Shown: positions 35,632-44,436, counted from the stretch's first letter. The stretch is DNA of 64,000 nt from an uncultured Limosilactobacillus sp. (GCF_934202235.1 NZ_CAKPXS010000002.1:1173-65172); one strand, 5' to 3'. Made by a program: numbers and translations. The notes: a model not told the origin generated them from the letters alone.

Positions 35632-35667
35632 GTTTACAATAGTAAACATAGCTTTTACGAAAGGCAA
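35632..35667 (-). promoter_or_regulatory. Candidate promoter of the metal-ABC operon (TTGCCT-17-TACTAT on the minus strand) with a perfect 6-4-6 palindrome over the -10
   Basis: On the plus strand, gtttacaatagtaaac is at 35632-35647. The -10 is at 35639-35644 (atagta on the plus strand). The -35 is at 35662-35667 (aggcaa on the plus strand). Confidence 0.4.
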
Positions 35668-35785
35668 CCCTTTTCTTTAAAAAAGAGGAATTGTAAAATT
35701 GTCGTTAAAATGTAACAATCGGAGCAAGCTTAAGCCAGTCAGCGGTTAATTGCTGGCTTGAGGCAGCAAAGGGGAGCATAAGGGC

Positions 35786-36916
35786 ATGAATTTATTACAA
35801 TTTCTTCACCGCTGGTGGGATCAAGTCAAGATTCGTCATTTCCTGCGCCGGCACCCCGAAGCTAGCAGTGCTTACCGCCAATTACGAACGAATGGCTGGC
35901 CGGCAGGGGCGATTGGTTATTTTCTGCGCCACCAGGATCGCCTGGAGATGACGTACCAGGTAGGTTCGCCACTATATGTTGCCATGCTACAAAACAGTGG
36001 ATTGACAGCGTACCAGCAGCTGACGTTAATTATTGACCGGCACCTGCAATCGTGGGTTGATGCGACTGGTTTTTTACAACTGGGCAGTCATGATTTTCGA
36101 CTAGCAGCGGGCCTCTCACCACAAAGCTTTTTCTATCCTTATTTTCGTCAATTAGTCGTTGATGCCTACCCAACCCCGCTGGGGTTAAGTCAGGATCAAC
36201 TAGGTCGCCGGGTCCACTTATTCCGGGTTTACCTGGATCGACAAAATATTAGCTACCTGCGTCGCTATCCGGCACCAGCTGGAGCTAGTGACTACCAACG
36301 ACTGTTAAAGTACTGTACGGACCGCCACTTAGCATTGGACTATCAAACGGGGGCTAATTACCACAATCGTTACCATGACCACTTTGATTATCCCCATAAC
36401 ATGAAGGTCCAATTAATGTGTGACTCTCCGCGGTCACGCTACAATGACGCCCGGATGATCGAATTCATTATCGATATTGCAAGTGGGAAATTTGTTAGCC
36501 AGTGGAACGTTTATCAGACTAATTCTGCAGGGCAGGTTGATGCCAACCCGCGACACTATTCGGTCGACGAACTATACCAGGTGGCTAATACCGAATCGTT
36601 TAATTATGGACTCCCCCACGGGGGCTATCGGCTGCCAGCGGCTTACCAGGGGACGCACCGTTACTTAGATATCCAACAACCAACGAATAGTCAAATTCGC
36701 CGACAAGCCAAGAAGTACTGGCGTTATCCGTATGATTACAACCACGGGGGTCCATTTGCGGAAATCGTCAGGAATGGTGGTGACAATGACGTACGTTGCT
36801 GGCGAGCCATTCCGGAAGACCAGCGGCAGTCAGTCTACAATGACTTTGTTGCTACTTTGCGGGCTGGCCAACAGCCCAATCAGGGTATCGCTACCTACTT
36901 GGATCAACGGAAATAA
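35786..36916 (+). CDS. Hypothetical cytoplasmic protein, 376 aa, rich in Trp/Tyr/His/Arg
   Basis: RBS AAAGGGGAG. No TM segment or signal peptide. Contains the His-rich stretch YHNRYHDHFDYPHN. I do not recognise the family with confidence. Confidence 0.7.
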   Translation: MNLLQFLHRWWDQVKIRHFLRRHPEASSAYRQLRTNGWPAGAIGYFLRHQDRLEMTYQVGSPLYVAMLQNSGLTAYQQLTLIIDRHLQSWVDATGFLQLGSHDFRLAAGLSPQSFFYPYFRQLVVDAYPTPLGLSQDQLGRRVHLFRVYLDRQNISYLRRYPAPAGASDYQRLLKYCTDRHLALDYQTGANYHNRYHDHFDYPHNMKVQLMCDSPRSRYNDARMIEFIIDIASGKFVSQWNVYQTNSAGQVDANPRHYSVDELYQVANTESFNYGLPHGGYRLPAAYQGTHRYLDIQQPTNSQIRRQAKKYWRYPYDYNHGGPFAEIVRNGGDNDVRCWRAIPEDQRQSVYNDFVATLRAGQQPNQGIATYLDQRK

Positions 36917-36964
36917 AAGAAGGCACCAACCGCTTTCGCAACGGCTGGTGCCTAATTTGTGTTG

Positions 36965-37903
36965 TTAGTCATTGTATGACCGGCGATGGAGGTAGAGTGA
37001 AGCAATAAGCGAAAGCAATCCGGCCAGACCAATGATGATCCAGAAACCGTACTTGGAACTCTCCCAGGGCATCCCGCCAACGTTCATCCCCATCAGACCG
37101 CTGAGCAGGGCAGCAATCCCGATCACGAGGCCGGTGGAATCCAAAAACTTCATTAGGTGATTCAGGTGGTTATCCATCATCGCGGTGTACAGACTGCTGA
37201 GGGATTCAACCGCATCCCGGTAGATATGAATGGCCTTTGATAACCGCCGCTGACTAGTCTCAATTTTTAACTTGAGTGAGTCACTGATATTGCGAGCCAT
37301 GGGACTGTCTACTAGTGCCTTCAGGGTGGTCGTTTGATCGTTAACGGTGTGTTCAAAGTAAACCAGTTGCCGCATCAGTTCCGTCAGCGCCCGGAGCTCG
37401 GTATTTTTAATCGTGGTATCGCGTGACGCTTGGTCTAGCCGGTCAATCTCGTCCTCAAAGTTTTGCAGGGCAGCGTTAAGTTGTTGCTGCCAGGCATCCA
37501 CCAGGTGAAATACCAGCTGGTGGACGGGGTCATGTTCGGCTACTGCTTGTTGCAGTTCCTCAAATGAAACGGCTGAATTTTGGGTACAGATGATCAGGTG
37601 GTCCTGGTCAAAGATTAAGATGGCTGGTGTTAATTGCTCTTCAATATGCTGGTAACCAAAATTGAAGTCAAAGACAACCAGAAGGTGGGGATTGGTCAGC
37701 TGCTTGCTTTCAAGCAGTTGAAACCGTGACACTTCTTCTGCCGAATTGCAGCGGTCAAAGATTGTGGGGTCCAGGTTAAATTGCGTACAAAGCTCGGCGA
37801 TTTCTTCTGGAGTAGGCGAAGATAATAAAAGGATTGTTGAGGATTGGCCCTGACCGGTAGTGACTTGTAAATGTCGACCGTTAATGGTAAACGTTTGAAG
37901 CAT
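36965..37903 (-). CDS. CorA-family divalent-cation (Mg2+/Co2+) transporter
   Basis: 312 aa. C-terminal LMGMNVGGMPW (GMN motif) lies between two TM helices. RBS AAAGGAG. Confidence 0.85.
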   Translation of the reverse strand: MLQTFTINGRHLQVTTGQGQSSTILLLSSPTPEEIAELCTQFNLDPTIFDRCNSAEEVSRFQLLESKQLTNPHLLVVFDFNFGYQHIEEQLTPAILIFDQDHLIICTQNSAVSFEELQQAVAEHDPVHQLVFHLVDAWQQQLNAALQNFEDEIDRLDQASRDTTIKNTELRALTELMRQLVYFEHTVNDQTTTLKALVDSPMARNISDSLKLKIETSQRRLSKAIHIYRDAVESLSSLYTAMMDNHLNHLMKFLDSTGLVIGIAALLSGLMGMNVGGMPWESSKYGFWIIIGLAGLLSLIASLYLHRRSYND

Positions 37904-38049
37904 CGCTGCCAGCTCCTTTCGACTGCATCATGCAAGCTACTCTTATGATGATAATTATACCGGAGAGGGCCAGAAAACAATAAAAAGATGCCTGATGAGC
38001 TGACCAATCAAAAAAGGACTATAATAATCTTTAATGATAATAAGTCGGT

Positions 38050-39372
38050 TTGAATGAAGAAGGCTCGATCTTGAAGAAACAAAAGAATGGTTCTATTGGT
38101 GTTGTTGGGGCAACCGCCATTGGTGTTGGCGGAATGATGGGTGCTGGACTCTACACTTTGCTGGGGCTGGCTGCCAAAAGTGCGGGGAAGTGGTTGCCAC
38201 TGTCATTTTTGATTGGGGGGATTGTGGCTGCTTTTTCTGTTTATTCTTATTCACGGTTGGGAATGACCTACCCGGATCGCGGTGGGGCCGCAAAGTTTCT
38301 CCTGCGTGGTTTTGGCAATGGTTTACTCGCCGGGGGAATCAACGTTTTCCAGTACTTTGGCTGGATTATTGCGATGGCTCTCTATGCGACCGGTTTTGCC
38401 GAGTATACTTGTCAGTTGGCGGGAATTAAAGGTGGTGGTTGGCGAGGAAAAATAATTAGCATTGGGATTGTTATCCTCGTTGTCCTCGTTAATATTCTTG
38501 GTTCGCGACAAGTGGCACGAGCACAAACCACAATTATTGCCTTTGAGTTAGTTATTTTGGCTGGTTTTATTGGTTTCGGCCTTAGTCATGCCCACGTACC
38601 GGTGATGGCTCCGCACGTTGCTGGTGGTCCATTGGGGGTCTTATCGGCCGCCGGTTTGCTATACGTGACCTATGAAGGATTCGGGGTGGTCACGAACGCC
38701 GCCGGCAGTATGAGTAATCCGGAGAAACAGTTACCGTTGGCGTTGACGCTCTCCTTAGTAATTGTGATGGTGGTTTATATCCTCGCCAGTATCGTGGTGA
38801 TCAAGACGATCGGTGTTCAGCAGGCCATTAATAACCAGGGCCATGTTTTGGCGGTGGCTGGTAAAACAATTTTTGGTAAGCTGGGAATGGTCTTGATTGG
38901 GGTTGCCGCCCTGGTAGCAACCGCCTCCGCTGTCAATTCGACGATGTTTGGTGATGACAACTTAGCCATTCGCATTTCCAAGGCGGGTGAAATCCCGGTA
39001 CAGTTTGGCGCGATGACCAGAGTTGGTGGTACGTGGGGGTTATTCATTACTTCCCTGATTGTCTGCGTCTTTGTGGTGGTCTTTCCGCTAGCCGATGTTG
39101 GTCAGATGGCCAGCCTGGCATTTTTGCTGGTTTACGCAATGGTGAATGTTGGACACCTGCGACTAGTTAAGCAAACAGGAGCCAACCGTTTTGTGTTGAT
39201 GTGTTCAGTCGGCTTAAACCTGGCCCTCTTTGCCTTGCTGTTTGGTCAAACTATTGTCCGTGGCGACGTTTTAACCTGGGCATCGGTAGTGGTCCTGCTA
39301 GTGGCAAGTTTTATTATTGAGTTTCTGTGGCGCCAGCGCAACCACGAAAACCTGCACTGGCTTGGTAAGTAG
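38050..39372 (+). CDS. APC-superfamily amino-acid permease
   Basis: 440 aa, 12 TM segments, with the N-terminal GATAIGVGGMMGAGLY motif. The start is uncertain: TTG 38050 or TTG 38071 (MKKQKNG...), the latter 7 nt after GAAGG. Confidence 0.85.
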   Translation: MNEEGSILKKQKNGSIGVVGATAIGVGGMMGAGLYTLLGLAAKSAGKWLPLSFLIGGIVAAFSVYSYSRLGMTYPDRGGAAKFLLRGFGNGLLAGGINVFQYFGWIIAMALYATGFAEYTCQLAGIKGGGWRGKIISIGIVILVVLVNILGSRQVARAQTTIIAFELVILAGFIGFGLSHAHVPVMAPHVAGGPLGVLSAAGLLYVTYEGFGVVTNAAGSMSNPEKQLPLALTLSLVIVMVVYILASIVVIKTIGVQQAINNQGHVLAVAGKTIFGKLGMVLIGVAALVATASAVNSTMFGDDNLAIRISKAGEIPVQFGAMTRVGGTWGLFITSLIVCVFVVVFPLADVGQMASLAFLLVYAMVNVGHLRLVKQTGANRFVLMCSVGLNLALFALLFGQTIVRGDVLTWASVVVLLVASFIIEFLWRQRNHENLHWLGK

Positions 39373-39469
39373 TGAAGTTGAAGGATTGTTTTGCCAATTA
39401 GGAATAATAACGTGATGGAAAGCAAGCCCCTGATAATGAGTCATAATCAGTAAAAGGTGGTAGAACAAC

Positions 39470-39596
39470 GGCTAGTCAATAAGCGGCAGACCAGCAGCCA
39501 ACCAGTCCCCCAGGCCAAAATGGCTAGACAACAATGGTGGCTGTAAGCGGGTTAGTGGTCTTGTCACTCCTTGGCTTAACTAAAAAGAACGAGTAA
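39470..39596 (+). pseudogene. Decayed 3' remnant of an LPXTG-protein gene (sorting-signal vestige)
   Basis: One frame reads NKRQTSSQPVPQAK (compare AKQRSQQLPQTGN at 13003). After a frameshift and an in-frame TAG, the frame reads TTMVAVSGLVVLSLLGLTKKNE-stop (39594-39596), i.e. a hydrophobic tail with a basic end. There is no ORF body upstream. Confidence 0.4.
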
Positions 39597-39726
39597 TCTC
39601 AAAAGGACTATTCGCTGGCTGCGGTGTTGGTCTGACGATAATAGTTGGTTTTGTCATTGCGCTTTCTTGATGCCAGTGCGATCACCAGAATAAGTCCTCG
39701 TTGGTAAAGTAAATTGATCAAAAATT

Positions 39727-39761
39727 AACAGCAGTTACTACCCAGTAAACTGCTGTTTTTT
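39727..39761. terminator. Intrinsic terminator (usable on both strands)
   Basis: Perfect 10-bp stem aacagcagtt / aactgctgtt, then TTTTTT on the plus strand and aattttt on the minus strand. Confidence 0.75.
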
Positions 39762-39951
39762 GTATGGTGATAAACTACTGGTAACAAAAAAACACCGTCA
39801 TCTCAACCTTAACGTTAAAACGGACTAGAACGATCGCTGGTGTGTTAGGTTGATCGTTGATGTTCAAGTGATAAAATAATTATGATAGTACTTTTTGCTT
39901 CAACGAGTAGTTTTTTAGCAGAAATGATGCTTTCTTAATTAGTATAAGCTG

Positions 39952-40461
39952 GTGATGAACATGAGTGCGAAGTTATTGCTAAGGCTTATTAGCCTCATAG
40001 CCTTTGTGGCGCTGGTAGTCCAAGTGGGTTACCAGATTCATAAGGTACAGCGAAAAAAAGAGTCGTTGCGACAAATTGAAACGTCAATTAACTGGTTACT
40101 TTTAGCTATTACATTAGTTTCGTTTGGTGGTAGTTTTTATGCCAATAATGATCGAATTGAGGGTTGGCCCTTTGGCCTGGAAAAAACGATTATTGGCCGC
40201 AAAGTGAGGGTTACTTCAGTGGCAACGATCGATTGTCCTCACCAGGTAACGCTAAGTGGTGGACAAGCCCGGGTGAACTTTAGTGTGCCGCGCAATACGA
40301 GGATGAAACTGGTCTTAAACGGAACAGTTTTAGCAATTGTCCATAACGAAAATAGCGATAAACCTGTGAAATTAGCCTACTTAGTTTGCCAGACTGGCCG
40401 GTACCAGGTGATTGCCGACCGCGGTCAGCACACGACAACGGCAACTTTGACGGTCAAGTGA
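39952..40461 (+). CDS. Hypothetical membrane protein (2 N-terminal TM segments plus a beta-rich C-terminal domain)
   Basis: 169-aa ORF with a weak RBS. LLLRLISLIAFVALVVQV and WLLLAITLVSFGGSFY are TM-like. No recognisable motif. Confidence 0.55.
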   Translation: MMNMSAKLLLRLISLIAFVALVVQVGYQIHKVQRKKESLRQIETSINWLLLAITLVSFGGSFYANNDRIEGWPFGLEKTIIGRKVRVTSVATIDCPHQVTLSGGQARVNFSVPRNTRMKLVLNGTVLAIVHNENSDKPVKLAYLVCQTGRYQVIADRGQHTTTATLTVK

Positions 40462-40635
40462 CGATCAATAATCAGTATTATTGTGACCTTGGAATGAGAT
40501 GACCAGGAGGATGGTGAACAAAGAAAGTGGTTGAAATTTGAGACAGCGATGGTTTCACTGGGGCCGTTGCGCTGTTTTTTTCTAATGTCCGTTCTCCAGG
40601 GTTGTCGCTGACTAGTATGATACAGCCGGGGCGAG

Positions 40636-40848
40636 TTGACAAAGATTAGGCGGTCCTGGTAAGCTAGCAGCAGCAAATATCGGGAGGGATCAACCATTGA
40701 AGTTTTAATTCTGCACAAGTTAATGCTGCTAATTCATGAATGGACGTGGATTGGTGGCCCTTGGACAGGACTAAATTCAAATGGCTGAGAGATCTCAAGT
40801 GGCGCAGTAGCGTCTTGTTGGCCGGTCCTGACAGGGGCCGGCCTTTTT
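40636..40848 (+). promoter_or_regulatory. Leader/attenuator of the ABC-F gene: promoter, 3-codon uORF and intrinsic terminator
   Basis: TTGACA at 40636-40641, an 18-nt spacer, then TGgTAAGCT at 40657-40665. SD GGGAGGG at 40682-40688. TTG-AAG-TTT-TAA at 40697-40708. Complementary agcagca (about 40668) and tgctgct (about 40725). Terminator at 40820-40848. Confidence 0.5.
40820..40848 (+). terminator. Strong intrinsic terminator 27 nt upstream of the ABC-F start codon
   Basis: ggccggtcct / ggggccggcc forms a 10-bp GC-rich stem (two G-U pairs) with loop gaca, then TTTTT. Confidence 0.8.
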
Positions 40849-40875
40849 GCGTCCCGCAAGAAAGGACGTGTGAGA

Positions 40876-42360
40876 ATGACCCAACCAATTACTATTCGCC
40901 AATTAAACTTTGCTTATCCGGGCCAGAAACCGCTATTTACTAACTGTCAGCTAGATATTGATAGTCGCTGGAAACTAGGGCTCTTAGGGCGCAATGGTCG
41001 GGGGAAGACCACCTTAATGAAAATTTTGCTCAACCAGTTACCGTACCAGGGAAAAGTGTTTGGGCAACTGCCGTTCCGCTACTTTCCACTGAAAGTGACT
41101 GGCCCTGATCAGTTGGCCGGCCAAGCGCTGGTGGAAGCTGCCCAGGAACCGTCGCTAGCCGAGTGGCAAGTAGAACGGGAACTGGGGATGATGGGCGTTG
41201 ACCCAGCACTGTGCTGGCGCCCATACGCGACACTGAGTGGTGGGGAGCAGACCAAGCTACAGTTGGCAACGCTTTTTGCCCAGCCCCGGACTTTCTTACT
41301 GCTAGACTAGCCGACTAACCATCTCGATTATGCCGGACGCCAACAACTAGCTAACTATTTACGGCGCAAGCGGCAGGGATTTATTATTACTAGTCATGAT
41401 CAGGACTTTTTGGACCAGGTGGTTGACCACTGTCTGGTAATTGAACGTCACCAGCTGGTATTGGTCCACGGTAATTATTCTGCCTACTTTCAACAGAAAA
41501 AACGTCGCGACCAGGAAGCGCTGGCAAAAAACCGGCAGTTGAAAAGCGAGATTGCTACGTTGCAACGACGGCGCCAAAAACAACAACAGTGGGCGCAGCG
41601 TGCGGAAGGTGAAAAACAAAATAATGCCCACGGCGACATGGGTTTTCTGGGAGCCAAGGCAGCGCGGCTGATGAAAAAAGCCGTTAATACTGGTGAACGG
41701 TTAACGACCGCGATGAACCAACGAAAAGGTTTATTGCAGGAGGTTGAGACTGCCGACCGCTTACCGTTAAACCTGCTGACTAGTCACCACCACCAATTGC
41801 TAGTTGTCCGTGACGTCGCGTTGACGATTGATAACCGCCGGTTATTTTCTCCCGTTAGTTTTCAGGTCGGGCGTCACGACCAGGTGGCCTTGCTCGGTGA
41901 AAACGGTCGTGGGAAGTCCAGCTTGTTGCGGGCAATTATGGGTACTTTTGCCGGGCAGGTAGCGGGGACGATTCGGCTAGCCGACCAGACCACGGTTAGT
42001 CTTGTACGCCAGGATTACGCGGTTAACCAGGGGACATTGCAGGAATTTGCCAGCCAGCACCACCTGCCGTTGTCGATGCTATTTAACGTTTTGCGTAAGC
42101 TGGGAATGGATCGTGACACCTTTGCGGTTCCCATCCGAGAAATGAGTATGGGCCAGCAAAAAAAGGTTGAACTGGCGCGGTCGCTATTAACACCAGCTCA
42201 GCTTTACTTGTGGGACGAGCCGCTAAATTACCTTGATACGTACAACCAGGCCCAACTGATCCAACTAGTTCAAGAGTTTAAATTGCCACTACTTTTTGTC
42301 GAACACGACTGCCACTTTATCGATGCTGTTGCCACTAAACGGGTAGTCCTTAAAAACTAA
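40876..42360 (+). pseudogene. Lsa-family ABC-F (ribosomal-protection type) ATPase gene interrupted by one in-frame TAG
   Basis: ORFs 40870-41310 and 41410-42360 are in the same frame. The read-through translation is ...FLLLD*PTNHLDYAGRQQLANYL..., so the stop at 41308-41310 replaces the Walker-B Glu of LLLDEPTNHLD. The total of about 494 codons is collinear, from memory, with E. faecalis Lsa(A): WKLGLLGRNGRGKTTL, LSGGEQTK, MSMGQQKKVELA, LWDEPLNYLD. Confidence 0.85.
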
Positions 42361-42441
42361 AAAAGTTGTGAGAATCTTTGGTAAAAAATTACTGTATTGG
42401 GTCAAGGAATGATAGAATTACCTAATGGAGGTAGTAGGACA

Positions 42442-42636
42442 ATGAGAAAGATGACTAGTAAAGAAGATTTCACTAAGGCACTGTTGGATTATTACCGAAT
42501 CTACGGTGTTCCCCAGGAAAAAGTTGATGCCATTATGACCGCTAACAGTGGCAACCTTGAAACCTACCTAGCGGCCACGCCGGAGCTGATGGCGCGCAAG
42601 TTCTACGAATGGACTTTTGATGAAGAAATGCACTAA
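42442..42636 (+). CDS. Small hypothetical protein (64 aa)
   Basis: ATG 42442 follows GGAGG. No motif recognised. Confidence 0.5.
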   Translation: MRKMTSKEDFTKALLDYYRIYGVPQEKVDAIMTANSGNLETYLAATPELMARKFYEWTFDEEMH

Positions 42637-42644
42637 TGAGCAAG

Positions 42645-42675
42645 CACTCGCTGGCTAAACAGCGGGTGTTTTTTA
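42645..42675 (+). terminator. Intrinsic terminator
   Basis: Stem cactcgct / agcgggtg (one G-U pair) followed by TTTTTT. Confidence 0.7.
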
Positions 42676-42694
42676 TTGGAAAGGGAGCAAAATC

Positions 42695-43156
42695 ATGGAA
42701 TGGTTTGACCAGCCTTTTGGTGAATTAACCCGTGACGACTTGTTTAAAATTTTGAAAGTGCGGGCGGCAGTGTTTAATGACGAACAAAAAAGCTTCTGGC
42801 CGGACCCTGATGACAATGATCCTCGGGCTCGCCATGTGTGGGCGGTAGTGAATAATCAGCTGGTAGCTTACGCCCGCTATTTTGAAATTGATGGAAAAGC
42901 CACCCTCGGTCGCGTGCTGGTTGTGCCCCAGTTCCGTCATCAGCAACTGGCAAAGAAATTGATGGATCACGTGTTGGCGGGGATTAAACAACATTACGGT
43001 CACTTGCCGATTGTGATTCACGCCCAGCTCTATGTAAAGGCTTTGTATGAGCAGCATGGTTTTCAAGCAGTGGGGAAGGTATTTCTCGAGGCTCAGCGTC
43101 AGCACATTAAAATGGTTCACCAGCCCTTGTTGACCAGTGATAACGCTGAAAAGTAA
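42695..43156 (+). CDS. GNAT-family N-acetyltransferase (ElaA-like)
   Basis: 153 aa. LFKILKVRAAVFNDEQ and RVLVVPQFRHQQLAKKLM (the acetyl-CoA loop region) are typical of ElaA-type GNATs. Confidence 0.8.
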   Translation: MEWFDQPFGELTRDDLFKILKVRAAVFNDEQKSFWPDPDDNDPRARHVWAVVNNQLVAYARYFEIDGKATLGRVLVVPQFRHQQLAKKLMDHVLAGIKQHYGHLPIVIHAQLYVKALYEQHGFQAVGKVFLEAQRQHIKMVHQPLLTSDNAEK

Positions 43157-43187
43157 AGTTTGGACGCAAAGGAATGAAACAACGTTG

Positions 43188-44423
43188 ATGAAGTTGAAGA
43201 AGATAATTGCCGTGGTCCTCACAACGTGCCTAATGGCAATGATGATTAATGTGCACCAGGTGGGTGCCGCAATGATTAATAGTCGGGCAGCAATGCTCGT
43301 CGATGCCGAGACGGGTCAGGTTCTCTACCAGCAAAACGCCGCTCAGCAGTTGCCGGTGGCGTCAGTTAGCAAACTGCTGACGGCCTGTGTAATTGAAGAC
43401 GAAATTACCGCCCACCAGCTTCACTGGCAGCAAAAGGTCAAAATTAATAAGGCGGTGGCAGCCGTGTCCAGTGACCCCAACTACTCGGCAATTGGCCTGA
43501 AAGCGGGGCAGTCTTACACGGTGCGCGACCTGTTTGACGCGATGATGGTTAAATCTGCAGATGGCGCAGCGCTAGCCTTGTCCACAGCGGCTGGCGACAG
43601 TATCAAGCAGTTTAATACCAAAATGGTGAAGAAAGCTCGGCAAATCGGATTAAAGGACGTCAAAGTAGTTAATGCTGTTGGCTTGCGTAACGGTGATTTG
43701 AAGCAGCTGCAGCAGCCGAAATTAGGGAAAGATACGGAAAATGCGATGAGTGTTCGTGATGTCGCGGCCTTGACCCTCTACTTGCTGAAGCATTACCCCC
43801 AAATTCTGAAGGTAACCAGCCGCGCTCAGCAAAACTTCACAATTGCGCGGGGACAAGTGGTGACAGCCGATAATTCTAACCAGATGTTGCCGGGGAAGCC
43901 GTATGCAGTCCCCAATGTGGTCATTGACGGGTTAAAGACGGGAACGTCCGACCAGGCTGGCGCTTGTTTTGTCAGTACCGGGACATACCAGGGACACCGG
44001 ATGATCACCGTGGTTCTCGGTGCCAACCAGAACGTCCCGGGCGACCGTTTTGTGCAAACCCAACGCCTCTACCAATACCTGCAAACAGGGGTGCGACTGA
44101 AGAAGTTAACGCTAAGTTGCCAGCAAACGTACCAAAAAGTGGTCAAGGGGAACAAACGGCACGTCACCGTCAAGGCTGCGCCACTGGTTGTTTGGCAGCC
44201 AGTGCATGACTACCAGCCATTAAAACTGCATCTCCACTACCGCACCTCATTGCTTGATCGGCATGGCCAGTTAGTGGCACCAATTACCAAAGGCCAGCGG
44301 CTGGGGAAAGTTATTGTTAGCGGGAAAGAAAGCCAAACGGTTGACCACCAGCAACTGACCTTGACCCTGACGAGTCGGCAAACGGTCAAGCGGCTGAATC
44401 TTTGGCAACGATTGTTTAATTAG
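43188..44423 (+). CDS. D-alanyl-D-alanine carboxypeptidase (low-molecular-weight PBP, DacA-like)
   Basis: Signal peptide MKLKKIIAVVLTTCLMAMM. Active-site motifs SVSKLLT (SxxK) and KTGT. RBS AAAGGA precedes ATG 43188. Confidence 0.85.
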   Translation: MKLKKIIAVVLTTCLMAMMINVHQVGAAMINSRAAMLVDAETGQVLYQQNAAQQLPVASVSKLLTACVIEDEITAHQLHWQQKVKINKAVAAVSSDPNYSAIGLKAGQSYTVRDLFDAMMVKSADGAALALSTAAGDSIKQFNTKMVKKARQIGLKDVKVVNAVGLRNGDLKQLQQPKLGKDTENAMSVRDVAALTLYLLKHYPQILKVTSRAQQNFTIARGQVVTADNSNQMLPGKPYAVPNVVIDGLKTGTSDQAGACFVSTGTYQGHRMITVVLGANQNVPGDRFVQTQRLYQYLQTGVRLKKLTLSCQQTYQKVVKGNKRHVTVKAAPLVVWQPVHDYQPLKLHLHYRTSLLDRHGQLVAPITKGQRLGKVIVSGKESQTVDHQQLTLTLTSRQTVKRLNLWQRLFN

Positions 44424-44436
44424 GCGGAGCAAAATA

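Noticed and set aside
39608-39721. A 37-aa minus-strand ORF (MINLLYQRGLILVIALASRKRNDKTNYYRQTNTAASE), reminiscent of a type I toxin or a C-terminal gene stub.
   Set aside because: It has a TTG start with no SD, and the upstream sequence is the terminator hairpin. The hydrophobic segment is short, and I could not identify an antisense RNA partner. It is more likely another remnant in the same decayed region as the LPXTG vestige.
40740-40943. A 67-aa ORF (and a 12-codon ATG ORF at 40736-40774) in the ABC-F leader.
   Set aside because: Neither has a Shine-Dalgarno sequence. The 67-aa ORF reads straight through the terminator hairpin and into the ABC-F coding region in another frame. The SD-preceded 3-codon TTG uORF is the better candidate.
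41311-41409. An apparent 100-bp intergenic gap between two small ABC ATPase genes.
   Set aside because: The gap translates in the same frame as both flanking ORFs into conserved ABC-F sequence (PTNHLD...SHD). It is coding sequence of one interrupted gene, not a spacer.
42725-43222. A 165-aa ORF antisense to the GNAT gene.
   Set aside because: The GNAT reading frame carries recognisable acetyltransferase motifs and an RBS. The antisense ORF has neither.
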